From positions 1-64,000 of IMG/VR virus record IMGVR_UViG_3300014204_000006: a stretch of 64,000 bases of DNA, one strand, 5' to 3'. How positions within the stretch are numbered: the first letter of the stretch is position 1; every line of letters starts with the position of its first letter. Below, piece by piece: positions 8,607 through 19,100 of the stretch. The DNA comes from a virus (Duplodnaviria > Caudoviricetes). The notes beneath the pieces are model-generated. The model did no database searches and was not told where the DNA came from. It worked only from the letters and a program-made list of their open reading frames with translations. The position numbers were made by a program, and so were the translations under genes.

Positions 8607-9284
8607 ATGGACATATTTGAAAGCGTAGTGCCACAGTCGGGGGAATTCTTTAAGTTTAAGAATGTAGGGGATGCTATCCAAGGAACATACATCGGTAAGA
8701 GCGAAGGTGTAGACAGTTTTAACAATGAACAAATAATTTATTTGATCCAAGACAAAGACGGAAAGGTTTGGAATGTAGCTTTCAGGAAAGAATCTTTGTT
8801 TGTTAATGAGAGGATGGCAGGAATAAAGTTGGGTCAAATTGTAGGATATAGGTTTGATGAAGAGAGAGATAGCAAAAAGATGCCTGGGAAGAAAGCCAAA
8901 ATTATCAGAATTTATGCGGATAACAAGTTCGTTGACAAAGAGTGGATAGAAAGGCAAAAATTGTTGGAAGATGGAATGAATAATGATCCGGTCTCAAATT
9001 ATGGGGCTAAAGTGACTGAAGATACAGTTGACAAGGCTATCGTGGATGCATTCGAGCTTCCTACAGATGCGACAGCCGTTTCAGGATCTATGCCGACTAC
9101 TACAGAAAAGCCTAAAAATGACGCTTTGGAGGCTATCAGGACACTGGCTAAGACTAAAGGGTTAACTCATGAATCTATGGCAGAAGAAGATGCGGATAGG
9201 ATGATTGAAGAGTTCGCAGGACTAAAGTTGGAAGACGCCAATTTGACAAAAATTATTATAGCTTTAACTGGTTACACAAAATAA
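8607..9284 (+). CDS. Putative OB-fold ssDNA-binding protein
   Basis: FFKFKNVGDAIQGTY N-terminal beta domain, acidic linker; located in recombination module. Confidence 0.5.
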   Translation: MDIFESVVPQSGEFFKFKNVGDAIQGTYIGKSEGVDSFNNEQIIYLIQDKDGKVWNVAFRKESLFVNERMAGIKLGQIVGYRFDEERDSKKMPGKKAKIIRIYADNKFVDKEWIERQKLLEDGMNNDPVSNYGAKVTEDTVDKAIVDAFELPTDATAVSGSMPTTTEKPKNDALEAIRTLAKTKGLTHESMAEEDADRMIEEFAGLKLEDANLTKIIIALTGYTK

Positions 9285-9287
9285 ATT

Positions 9288-10292
9288 ATGAAAATACTTT
9301 GCGTTGGAGATCTCCACTTTAAATATGAACTATCATACGCATCTTCTATACTAGACGGTAGAAAATCAGAATGGGAAGTAGTTAAAAAAACTATTCATGA
9401 TACCGCAAAATATTGCGATTCGATAGTTCTCTTAGGAGATAGCTTCAATTCAAGGCATAATCATAGCGGTGTAATCAAAGAGTTTATAGAATTTTTAAAT
9501 GCTTTTGGTGAAAAGGAAGTCCATATTCTTTGCGGAAATCATGAACGGTATGGATCGAACACAGCCGTGGACTTTCTAAAAAGCATTAAAAAGAAAAACA
9601 TATTTGTTTATCTATCCCCAATGCAGGCGTTAATATCAGGACAGTTAGCAACAATGATACCATTTATGACGCCTGCGTTGCTTGGTGTAGAGACAATAGA
9701 AGAAGGAAACAAAGAATTGTCATCAAAATTAAATAAAACAGATTTGGCGTTTTGTCACTTAGCGGTAACCGGAGCAAAAGGATCAGAATTTTTTAATGAG
9801 ATAATATTAGATAAAAAAGAACTTGAATCAAAATTTGGAATGACATTTGCTGGACATCTCCACACTCCTGAAAAATTGAGTGAAAAAATACAAATAACCG
9901 GATCAGTGTTCACTCAAGAGGTAGGAGAAACTGAAAAATTCATATATGTATATGACACAGAAACAAAAAAGACTGAATCGGTCAAACTTCCTGTTAGGGG
10001 TATAAGAAAGATAATATGGGAAGAGAGAGATCGAGGAGAGCTTATTCCCAAAGAGACTATACTTAAATGTTACATAACTGATAAAAAAACGGTCGTAGAG
10101 GATGTAAAGAAAGAATTAGAAGCTTATTTTGACTCAGTAATCATAATAGAGCAATATGAAAATACTAGACAAAAGGTTCATTTTGAAGAGGGAGGATTAG
10201 ATTTGTCGATAGAGTCACTACTGAAGGTATACGCTGACACCAAAAAGGTTAATTATGACGAATTAAAGGAGGGTTTTGACCTAATAAAATAA
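9288..10292 (+). CDS. sbcD: SbcD/Mre11-like metallophosphoesterase nuclease
   Basis: GDLH, LLGD, GNHE, GHLH motifs. Confidence 0.85.
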   Translation: MKILCVGDLHFKYELSYASSILDGRKSEWEVVKKTIHDTAKYCDSIVLLGDSFNSRHNHSGVIKEFIEFLNAFGEKEVHILCGNHERYGSNTAVDFLKSIKKKNIFVYLSPMQALISGQLATMIPFMTPALLGVETIEEGNKELSSKLNKTDLAFCHLAVTGAKGSEFFNEIILDKKELESKFGMTFAGHLHTPEKLSEKIQITGSVFTQEVGETEKFIYVYDTETKKTESVKLPVRGIRKIIWEERDRGELIPKETILKCYITDKKTVVEDVKKELEAYFDSVIIIEQYENTRQKVHFEEGGLDLSIESLLKVYADTKKVNYDELKEGFDLIK

Positions 10293-10296
10293 ACAT

Positions 10297-10494
10297 ATGG
10301 GTATATTAGACTATGTTCCAAGAAAACCAGTGTGGACTCCATCTAAAGATGTTAGCAACTCTATAAGGACTGAAAAAATTAAATGCGACCATTGCCATAC
10401 AACTTTTATGGGTTTCAAATGGATGAAGGAGAGGTGCAGTAAATTAATACTTTGTCCTGATTGTTTTAAAAATAATAAAAAAGATATAGAATAA
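10297..10494 (+). CDS. Small Zn-ribbon protein
   Basis: CDHC and CPDC. Confidence 0.55.
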   Translation: MGILDYVPRKPVWTPSKDVSNSIRTEKIKCDHCHTTFMGFKWMKERCSKLILCPDCFKNNKKDIE

Positions 10495-10513
10495 TTAATA
10501 TTAAATAAATTAT

Positions 10514-11239
10514 ATGCCACAATCTTATTATTTTACACAAGCAAGAGGAACTGGAACAGGGATGAATCTATTTTCATATGATGGATCCGCTTCATGGGGA
10601 GAGCAAGGGACAACTAATCAGGTCGCAGGCAAGGTAACTGTAAAAACAGGAATAAGCCCAATATTGGCCTTTAAATATATAAAGAAAAAGTTTGGAATAC
10701 TTGAAAATATAATATTAGATAGAAGGCTTAAGAAACTTGAAGCAGCTTTTTATCAAGCTGTAGATAATGGGCAAGAGGCCCTAGGAGTTAAGATTTTGTC
10801 AGAACTGGCTAGAGAGACAAGGGAGTCAGCATTGTATGCTAAGGGTATAAGACATTTCGTGGAAAGAGAGGATATCCTTAAGGTCAAAAATAAAATCAAG
10901 GATGGACATATTTCAGATACTCGCTTAGAAGAATTCACTAAAATCATACCTAAAAATGTATTAAAAAAGAAAAAAGAATTGGAAGGAGTTTTTGATGGAT
11001 TTATAATATATCATTATTACAATGAGGAAATAGAGAAAAAAATAGCAAAGAAACAAAAAAGATCCCCTGATGAACAGGGCAAAATGAGAGATCCGATCTT
11101 ATTCGGATATATAAAAGAATCAGATAGGCTATATTTTGTAGCTGATTGGGAAGATGAGTATTGTGATTTGACTTTTGATGAGATAATAGATGTAGTGGGG
11201 GATAATAAATTAACAAAATATCCAAAATTGGATGTATAA
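10514..11239 (+). CDS. Hypothetical phage protein
   Basis: 241 aa; DPILFG...LYFVADWEDEYCDLT C-terminal motif. Confidence 0.7.
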   Translation: MPQSYYFTQARGTGTGMNLFSYDGSASWGEQGTTNQVAGKVTVKTGISPILAFKYIKKKFGILENIILDRRLKKLEAAFYQAVDNGQEALGVKILSELARETRESALYAKGIRHFVEREDILKVKNKIKDGHISDTRLEEFTKIIPKNVLKKKKELEGVFDGFIIYHYYNEEIEKKIAKKQKRSPDEQGKMRDPILFGYIKESDRLYFVADWEDEYCDLTFDEIIDVVGDNKLTKYPKLDV

Positions 11240-11244
11240 ATATA

Positions 11245-11802
11245 ATGATTGTTGTAGGACTGGACCTAAGCCTGACTAAAACCGGATATTCAATAATAAA
11301 CGAAAAGGGAAAGGTATTGTCTTCTGGAGTGATAAAATCCAAACCCAACGGAGACTCATATTTGGATGAAGTTAACCGCATAAAGAAGATAGTAGAGGAT
11401 GTGTTTGAGAAGATAAACGAGCAATGCCCCAGTTGTAACCCTGATTTAGTAGTTATAGAAGGAATGGCATTCGCCGTCAGAAACACTACCGCTTTGGTAC
11501 AAATAGCAGGTCTAAGTTACTACTTAAGGATACAGTTGTCATTTTCAGGAGCTAAATTTGTTATTGTGGCCCCTACATCTCTTAAAAAGTTTATTACCGG
11601 ATCAGGGAAGGGAGATAAAAGTATGATGATGATGAGTGTTTTTAAAAATTATAAATTTGAGTCAATGGATGATAATGAATGTGATGCATATTCTCTATCG
11701 GCATGTGGATTAGCACTCCTAGGATCTCCATTGATTAAACCAGGCGTACCTCAACAAGAAGTAATTAAACTATTAAGTAAACAAATATGCCAGAAGAAGT
11801 AA
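11245..11802 (+). CDS. ruvC: RuvC-like Holliday junction resolvase
   Basis: VGLDLSLTKTGY, VVIEG, PTSLKKFITGSGKGDK, DDNECDA. Confidence 0.88.
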   Translation: MIVVGLDLSLTKTGYSIINEKGKVLSSGVIKSKPNGDSYLDEVNRIKKIVEDVFEKINEQCPSCNPDLVVIEGMAFAVRNTTALVQIAGLSYYLRIQLSFSGAKFVIVAPTSLKKFITGSGKGDKSMMMMSVFKNYKFESMDDNECDAYSLSACGLALLGSPLIKPGVPQQEVIKLLSKQICQKK

Positions 11803-11936
11803 ATGAACCAAATTTGATCCTGCCAATACTTTGTCCTCATTGTTCGAAGGAAATAGAACTAGCAATGGATTTTAGACTCCTTCCTCCCAAAGATTCAACC
11901 ATTAAAGAAGCAGAAATAATAAGTGAAAACAAATGA
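11787..11936 (+). CDS. 49-aa CxxC protein
   Basis: Manual translation MPEEVNEPNLILPILCPHCSKE...; stop overlaps next ATG. Confidence 0.5.
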   Translation: MPEEVNEPNLILPILCPHCSKEIELAMDFRLLPPKDSTIKEAEIISENK

Positions 11937-14068
11937 TATTACTCAAAAATATACAATTGGTTAATTTTTTAAGTCATGAAAAAACAACTATCGAATTTGG
12001 AGAAAGCGAGAAGTGCCTTATCGATGGGGCGTCTGGTGCGGGGAAATCATCAATCTTCGATGCCATCATCTGGTGCCTGTACGGCAACGGACGAGTCGAC
12101 AATAAAAACCTTATCAGAAAAGGATATAAAGAGGCTAATGTCATTGTTAGCGTCATCAGGAAAGATACCAAGGGGGATGAAAACTTCACAATTTCAAGAA
12201 AGATATCTAATGCAGGAAAACATACTCTCTCAATATCCTCTGATAAAAGTGGACTCAATGTTGCCATACCCACATCTGGCGTTCGGGAAACTCAACAATT
12301 CATTGATAGCGAACTCATAGGAGCCAGTTATCTCCTTTTTATTAACAGCGTAGCGTATGTCCAAGGAAATGCAGAAAGTTTTGTATCTCAATCAGCTCCC
12401 AAAAGGAAAGAGCTTCTTTTAGAGATCGTCAAGGCTGAGGACTATAAAAAATACTACGAAAAAGCCCGCACAGCGTTATCTTCATTAGAAAAGGAACATA
12501 GTAACGTTTTAGGACAGATAGAGGCTCTCAAGGGAGTTTTGAGCTCTATGGGAGATAATGAGAAGCATAGAAAACCCAACATGGACATTATCCTTGGTAA
12601 CTCTAGCAAGATCACCACTCTAAATAAAGAAATGGCTATTTTAAAGGAAAAGAGCATAAAATTATATGATTCTATGCAATCTATTGTTTTTATAAGTGAA
12701 AATTTAAAAACAGCCACAGAAAACAAAAATTTTATAGAAAATATGCTGCATGAGAGAAAAATAGATATATCCACCAAACCTAAACTCATAATGGCTTTGG
12801 AGAAATATGGAGATTATGAGAAAAGGGTAGAAACTGCAAAGGATGAATTGGAAAATTTAAGGAACTCGCTTACCACTGCCAGTGAAATAGAAGCTAAAAG
12901 AAACGATATTTTGAACCGAAAACCGTTTCAAAAGGATTTTGAAGCAGAACTAGATAGGTTGAAAATAAGAATGAAAACTATAGAAGCCAATCCGGTTTGC
13001 CCTAGCGGTGAAAAATGCCCTTATTCAGGAGATCATAGCAAGCAAATTAAAAATATAGGAGAGGATATCATAGTTTTGTTGAAAGAAGAAACTGATGCAA
13101 ACACTAAAATGGATGAATGGAAGGTAGAATTAGACAATATGCCTGAAAAAAAGGATCTATCACAAATAATCATACAAATAAAGGATAAAGAAACATCAGT
13201 AAAATCTCTAGAATCAGGGATGTTGCAGATAGAATCTATAAAAAAAGACATTGAAAATATAGAAGGTATCGAAAAAAAAATTCCTGAAATAGAAGCTACT
13301 TTGGCAGAAAAAGTTAAATATGTAGAAGAGCTTACAAAGAAAAAAGAAGAGGCTGAAAAAGAATCAAGGCATGAGGAGCTGATAGAGACTGATAAAAAAA
13401 TAAAAGAGATAGATGAAAAGTGCAAGGAGTTGAGTTCAGAGGTTTCTAAGGCGACTGCTATTATAGAAATGATAGATATAAATAAAAAAGAACTTAATGA
13501 ATCAAAAAACAAAATATCATTCCTTGAGATAGATTTGGCTCTTTTAAGCGGAAAAATAAGAAAGGTGGCATGTGCTAAAAATGCCTTTAGTCCAAAAGGA
13601 GGAATAGAAACAATGGTAATTGATTATTTGTTGCCTAAGCTAGAAGATCGCATAAATGAAGTATTATCAAAACTATCTGAATTCCGAGTCAGGTTAGATA
13701 CGCAGAAAAATACCTCAGACGGAGAGGGAATAATTGAGGGGTTATTTATAACTATATTAAATGATAGAGGTGTTGAAATGCCGTATGAGGCATATTCTGG
13801 CGGGGAACGGCTGAAAATATCGGTAGCTATATCAGAGGCATTGGCAACGTTGCAAAAAGTAGGATTCCGTCTATTTGACGAAGTGTTTATAGGTCTAGAT
13901 GAAAATTCAACAGAGAGTTTTGCAGAAATATTAGATGAACTTCAAAAAAGTTTTAGTCAAGTTCTTTGTATAAGCCACTTGATCCAAATAAAAGAATTAT
14001 TTGATAAAAAAATAACCGTAATAAAAAATAATAATCAATCTTATGTCAACAGACAAAAAACCGCCTGA
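11933..14068 (+). CDS. sbcC: SbcC/Rad50-like SMC ATPase
   Basis: NFLSH, GASGAGKS, coiled coils, YSGGE signature, LFDE, ISH. Confidence 0.92.
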   Translation: MILLKNIQLVNFLSHEKTTIEFGESEKCLIDGASGAGKSSIFDAIIWCLYGNGRVDNKNLIRKGYKEANVIVSVIRKDTKGDENFTISRKISNAGKHTLSISSDKSGLNVAIPTSGVRETQQFIDSELIGASYLLFINSVAYVQGNAESFVSQSAPKRKELLLEIVKAEDYKKYYEKARTALSSLEKEHSNVLGQIEALKGVLSSMGDNEKHRKPNMDIILGNSSKITTLNKEMAILKEKSIKLYDSMQSIVFISENLKTATENKNFIENMLHERKIDISTKPKLIMALEKYGDYEKRVETAKDELENLRNSLTTASEIEAKRNDILNRKPFQKDFEAELDRLKIRMKTIEANPVCPSGEKCPYSGDHSKQIKNIGEDIIVLLKEETDANTKMDEWKVELDNMPEKKDLSQIIIQIKDKETSVKSLESGMLQIESIKKDIENIEGIEKKIPEIEATLAEKVKYVEELTKKKEEAEKESRHEELIETDKKIKEIDEKCKELSSEVSKATAIIEMIDINKKELNESKNKISFLEIDLALLSGKIRKVACAKNAFSPKGGIETMVIDYLLPKLEDRINEVLSKLSEFRVRLDTQKNTSDGEGIIEGLFITILNDRGVEMPYEAYSGGERLKISVAISEALATLQKVGFRLFDEVFIGLDENSTESFAEILDELQKSFSQVLCISHLIQIKELFDKKITVIKNNNQSYVNRQKTA

Positions 14069-14765
14069 AGAGGTATTAAAAGTTTTAGCTTCTGAAAATG
14101 TGATAATAAAGGAGGCGTCTCCCGGGACAAGTGCAGATTCTAAAACATCAAAAGATGAAGAAAAGCTTCCGAAAGAAGAAGTAGAAAAAAGGCAAAAAGT
14201 AGTGGCAGAATATACTAGATTGCTTTCTAGGTATTGCAAACCTCATAATAAAAAGTCAAGATGGGTGACTGAAGAAGATTTAAAAAGAGTATTAACTGAT
14301 GGAAAAGATATGGTCACTTTATGTAGTGTCCCTGTAGGAAACTATTCTGGAGGGTCAGCCATAGCGCATACGCAGATAGATGATAAAGATCCACTTAGAT
14401 TTTTTGTACTGTTAAAAGGAATGGTTATTATAAATCCAGTCATTTTTTTGACTACAAGAACGACCATAGAAAAAAACGAAGGATGTCTTTCTTTTCCTGA
14501 AGAAAAGGTAAGATTAGGAGTTCCTAGATTTAATAGGATAACTGTTATTTATCAAACTCTTGAAAAAAGTGACAATGAATCTGAGCCTAAACTTTCCAAA
14601 CCTATAACTGAAAATTTGAATGGAGGAATGAGTCATATGTTTCAGCATGAAACATCTCACCTGAATGGAAGTAATATATACGATGATGACTTTAAAGCAG
14701 AATCTTGTCATGGTTTTGGGGATGGGTTAATAAGCGAGGAAGAGGCTAAAAAGTTATTTAATTAA
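14043..14765 (+). CDS. def: Peptide deformylase
   Basis: GGSAIAHTQ, IINP, EGCLS, QHETSHLNG. Confidence 0.82.
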   Translation: MSTDKKPPEEVLKVLASENVIIKEASPGTSADSKTSKDEEKLPKEEVEKRQKVVAEYTRLLSRYCKPHNKKSRWVTEEDLKRVLTDGKDMVTLCSVPVGNYSGGSAIAHTQIDDKDPLRFFVLLKGMVIINPVIFLTTRTTIEKNEGCLSFPEEKVRLGVPRFNRITVIYQTLEKSDNESEPKLSKPITENLNGGMSHMFQHETSHLNGSNIYDDDFKAESCHGFGDGLISEEEAKKLFN

Positions 14766-14778
14766 TTAATTATAAAAA

Positions 14779-15039
14779 ATGAACAAAATTATTTGCCATG
14801 ATTGCAAGCAGGAGTTGGAGAAGGACCAGGAGTATATTCCATACAAGGTAGGAAATGATTCCTATGCCAAATGCAGGCACTGCTATGAATTGGATACCAT
14901 ACTGAGGAATTTCCAACCGGTAGAGTGCTACAGTCGAGTAGTGGGATATATAAGGCCGGTAGCCCAATGGAATAATGGGAAAAAAGCAGAATTTAGTGAT
15001 AGAAAGGTGTATAAGATACCAGTTAAAGATAACAATTAA
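14779..15039 (+). CDS. Stand-alone NrdD C-terminal-like (glycyl-radical loop) protein with Zn ribbon
   Basis: CHDC...CRHC then ECYSRVVGYIRPVAQWNNGKKAEFSDR. Confidence 0.75.
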   Translation: MNKIICHDCKQELEKDQEYIPYKVGNDSYAKCRHCYELDTILRNFQPVECYSRVVGYIRPVAQWNNGKKAEFSDRKVYKIPVKDNN

Positions 15040-15050
15040 ATAAAAAATAT

Positions 15051-15206
15051 ATGAAGCATAAAGAAAAAGTAAAATTATTCAAAAGCATGAGTGTCACTAA
15101 AAAAGAGAAGAAAAGAGGAGTAAAGTTATTTGACTCAGCGGAGTGGGACAGACGTAAAGAGTCAAAAAAAGACAAGCAATTTAATCAAGGTAAAAAAAAT
15201 AAATAA
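15051..15206 (+). CDS. 51-aa basic protein
   Basis: Manual translation MKHKEKVKLFKSM... Confidence 0.45.
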   Translation: MKHKEKVKLFKSMSVTKKEKKRGVKLFDSAEWDRRKESKKDKQFNQGKKNK

Positions 15207-15207
15207 T

Positions 15208-15576
15208 ATGGAAAAAGTAGATTATATCGAAGACTACCTAGCGTTTGAATCTAATTTTAAAAGGACGCAAGTGTCTCCAGAGGAGGTAGGAGAGTTGATC
15301 ATGCATATGACCGCTTATTTCATCAGGTATAATGTCAGATTAGGAGAAGCAATTAAAAGAGCTTCTATTATTAAAGCTAATCTGCAAAACCAATCAGATC
15401 CTATCACCGGTAAATCCATGAGCTCATCCAAGGCCGGAATTCTGGCAGACGCTACTCCTGAGGCCCATATGTACGAAATGGCTAGAATCCATGTGACAAA
15501 CATCCAGGAGATAATAAACTCCATGAAAGTTCTGCAAAAGAGTTTGACCCTAGAATATTCAAACAGCAATCTATAA
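15208..15576 (+). CDS. Hypothetical helical protein
   Basis: ORF track 15130..15576; ATG at 15208 preferred. Confidence 0.65.
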   Translation: MEKVDYIEDYLAFESNFKRTQVSPEEVGELIMHMTAYFIRYNVRLGEAIKRASIIKANLQNQSDPITGKSMSSSKAGILADATPEAHMYEMARIHVTNIQEIINSMKVLQKSLTLEYSNSNL

Positions 15577-15619
15577 TAACTATGAATATTATATTTAATT
15601 TATAGTTAATTTATGTTTT

Positions 15620-16111
15620 ATGGAGATAAAACGCACCTGCAAAATATGCGGGAAAGAATTCACAGCGATAAAAACAAACCAGTTCTTTTGTTGTAGAAAG
15701 TGCTTTAAAAAAGACTTTTATGCAAGAACTAGGATTAAGCTTCAATCGTTATGCAATAACCCAAAGTATCCAGATAAGACATGCCCCCTCTGTGGTAAAA
15801 AATCTAGCTTAAATTTTGATCCCATAAAAAAACCTGATTTTTATTCATCATGGACATGTCCATATTGCGGAGTACCTAATAATATTGTTCTAAAATATCA
15901 AAATGAAGAAAATTCTAGATCAATAATAAAAAACATCCTAATAACGATTGGATGCCCTGATCAAATGAAAACAGTACAGCACACTCAAATATATAACATA
16001 CCGATAATAAGTCCTGAGCAGGGGGATACAGATATAATCACTTTGGCTTGTGAATCTATAAATATTATAGAAGTACAAAAGATGAATAGGAAAAAGATAA
16101 CTTTTTCCTAG
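15620..16111 (+). CDS. Multi-Zn-finger protein
   Basis: CKIC, FCCRKC, CPLC, CPYC; last gene before strand switch. Confidence 0.7.
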   Translation: MEIKRTCKICGKEFTAIKTNQFFCCRKCFKKDFYARTRIKLQSLCNNPKYPDKTCPLCGKKSSLNFDPIKKPDFYSSWTCPYCGVPNNIVLKYQNEENSRSIIKNILITIGCPDQMKTVQHTQIYNIPIISPEQGDTDIITLACESINIIEVQKMNRKKITFS

Positions 16112-19100
16112 TCCACAGACATCCTCTTTATATTATCCCACTCTCCACTATTAACCAAATTTCTAGCATCTTCTGCTCCCTTGCCCTCTCTAAGAACTAC
16201 TATATCAAAATTTTTGTTATATGCAGGTATTATCTCACTTCCAGTGTGTGGTGTGGCAAGATCTATTTTATTCTGACCATTAAATCTCTTATTCATTGTA
16301 TCAGCGATAAGAAATTTCTTTTTTAGTTCAGGCACCCATATTACTGTGCCCATTCTTAAATTTCCAGTGATCCCGTCTTTTTTCAATGATGTCGCCGCCA
16401 TTGAGTCATCTATAAATATACCTGAGGCTCCTTTCCCTATATCCTCTTTTTTAGAATCAGGTCTGTTTTGAGCCGTATGATATGGATCATAATTTGTACC
16501 AGTGAATGATGAATATGTTTTAGGCGTTGTAGGAGCGGACTGTTCGACTGGTGCAGCCGGCTGAGTATCTTGGTTGCCATTTCCATAGAAAACAGCTTTA
16601 GCTGGAGTATTTAAATTGCTCCACATATCCCCTATAGAGTTTCCAACAGTACTGACAGCTTTGTTAACATATCCTCCTAAATCGCTCAACCATCCTCCAC
16701 GACCGTCAGGATATCCCGGTCCTCCTGTCCCGTCAGGTGCACTAGGATGCTTAGTTGTTTCATCTATTATTTTTAGAGCTCTTCTTAAGTTTTTCATTAC
16801 ATTTTCAACATTGCTCTGGATAATTTCTGGAGTTTGCCAGTTTGATCTTTCTTCAGGATCTTCTAACGCCTTGGTAAGGGTTTTCCATTGTTGTTTCAAT
16901 TTTATAACGTCACTTTTAGCAGCCATGAATTCTGTCTTTTTACCTTCTTGAACGTTTAACCTATCCATATATTTTTTATAGATATCATTAAAGAATTCAT
17001 CTGTTTTTTTGTTTACCTCCTTTACTTGATCAGGACTCAAATTTGAAAAACTTCCCTTATAAAATTTAGGGTTAAGAAATAATTTGGTCTGGTTTAGCTT
17101 GCTGACTTTGCCGTTAAAAGGCTTAGACGCTTTTATAGAATCATTATGAGCCTTAACTATAAACTGCATTATGTTTCTAGCATCTTCTACCCCTTTTCTA
17201 ACAGCTCCCGGACCTTTATTTGATTCTCCAGCCATTTCTATCGATGTCACTCCTGGCAATAATTGGAAGTCAGCTTTAGAAAGATTTTTTATCATATCTT
17301 CTTCAACTGGATTCTTGGATATTCTAATTCTATTTGCATCTAATTCTCCCTTTCCAATGCCGCTATTAGTGAGATCACTCTCCGTCACCTTACCTTCCAT
17401 ATATTTAGCCTCTTGGAGTGCTCTCATTCTTTTCAACTCAGCTGACAATTTTGATCCTTTATTACCGGTAGCTAGGGCATTTATAACATCCTTAGATTGA
17501 TCGAATCCTTGTAAATCTTGCTTAGTGTTTGAAGTTTCAAAATAATTTTTGAATAATTTTTTAGCCACTCCTTCTGTCCCGAAAGCCCTACCCAACAACT
17601 CTCTGACAGTATCGTCTTTGGCATAATTTTTTCCAAAATTATCTGATAGCCATGAATTTAATGTGTGGCTGAATGAATGGGAATAAGATCCTGGTTCTGA
17701 ATTTTCCAATCCTTTTTTTGCCCAAGTTATTAATTCATCCCCGGATTTGAATCTCCTATTTTTAAGGACATCATAATCGCTAGTTTTTGTAAGAGGATTT
17801 TTTTCTACAAAATTTAATTTAGGAGAATCTTGCTTTACTTCTGCAGTCGTTGTTTTCTTCTTTGTAATTATATTCTCTTTGTTTAAAGTATTGACAAGCG
17901 ATTGAGCGTCTTCTATAGGCATATCGAAAATATCTCTCAATCTATAGGCAACGTCACTCAGCAAATGAGGTTCTATTTCTTTCTTTATTTTTATAGCCTC
18001 ATCTGTTGTAACGTTAGCTGGTTCTATTTGCTTTATTTTTGATATCATTGATTCAGCTACCATCTCTGCCCCACGGCCAGCCTTAAAAACACCAGTGTCT
18101 GGATCAATAGGTGTATATTTTCCTCCTCCTTGGGGATTAGTTTCTTCTATAATTTTTTTAGCACGAGTTACCATCTCGTTCGCAGATGACCCTTCTCTAC
18201 TTTTTGTAGAAGTAGTTCCGTATTGAGTCATCTCTTCAGGAGTCATCTTTCTTGATGTAACAGGTCCATTTTTATCGTTAGCAGGTAATTCTTCTTTTGC
18301 TGCACTGACTATGTTATCCACTAACTTATTTTCTGGTACAGTTAATATAACCGTAGGTTGAGTATTCTCTATATTAGAGTTGTTTGAAGGAATTAAACTA
18401 TTATCAACGCGATCTTGAACCGTATCTCGAGTATTGTTATTATTTATAACATCTTCTTGACCCGTATACTGAATATTTTTCATTTTTCCTTTAATAGGCA
18501 AGTCAATAGTAGCTTTTCCTAGAGCATTGGATTGAAGTATTCCACTTTCTATATATGTTTTCATGAAATCCAACTTCAATTTAGTAGCTACACTTACATT
18601 TTCAGAATTAACAGCATCAACTAAAGTCTTGACCCCCTCTCTCATTGTCATATTATTCCTTTTGTCGAATATTTCTTGTGCTGAAGTGTCCTCTAAAAGT
18701 ATATCAAAATTTTCTTTGAAAGCCTTTTTAACTTCTCCTGGATTAGGAGCTTCTAAAGCTTGCTCCATGGATATCAATATGCCTCTAGTGGCCTCTTGAG
18801 GGACAGTGACTCTATTAGCAGTCAATGAGGTAGTATCTGATATAGGTATCCTTGAAGACGCAGGTTTTACTATTTTTTTGTTTATTTCAGCTATTGCAGC
18901 GGATTTCTGCCCTGCGTTTCTGGCTGTTTCTAACCCTGAAATAGACATAGAAAGGTGATTTTCATCAGGCAGCATGGCTAATCTATCTCCTAATTGTTTG
19001 CTATAGATCCAATTTTTATCTTTTAAATTTCCCACCAAGAAACTTTTTTTATTAGTAGTAGAAGGAGTAGACATTGGATCTATATTCATTACTAATACTT

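Noticed and set aside
8319-8957. 212-aa - strand ORF
   Set aside because: Antisense to two well-formed + genes; no motifs
6698-14765. recA/ruvC/sbcCD/def as host chromosomal DNA flanking a prophage
   Set aside because: Divergent motifs, interspersed phage-type small genes and lysis cassette; no integrase or att site seen
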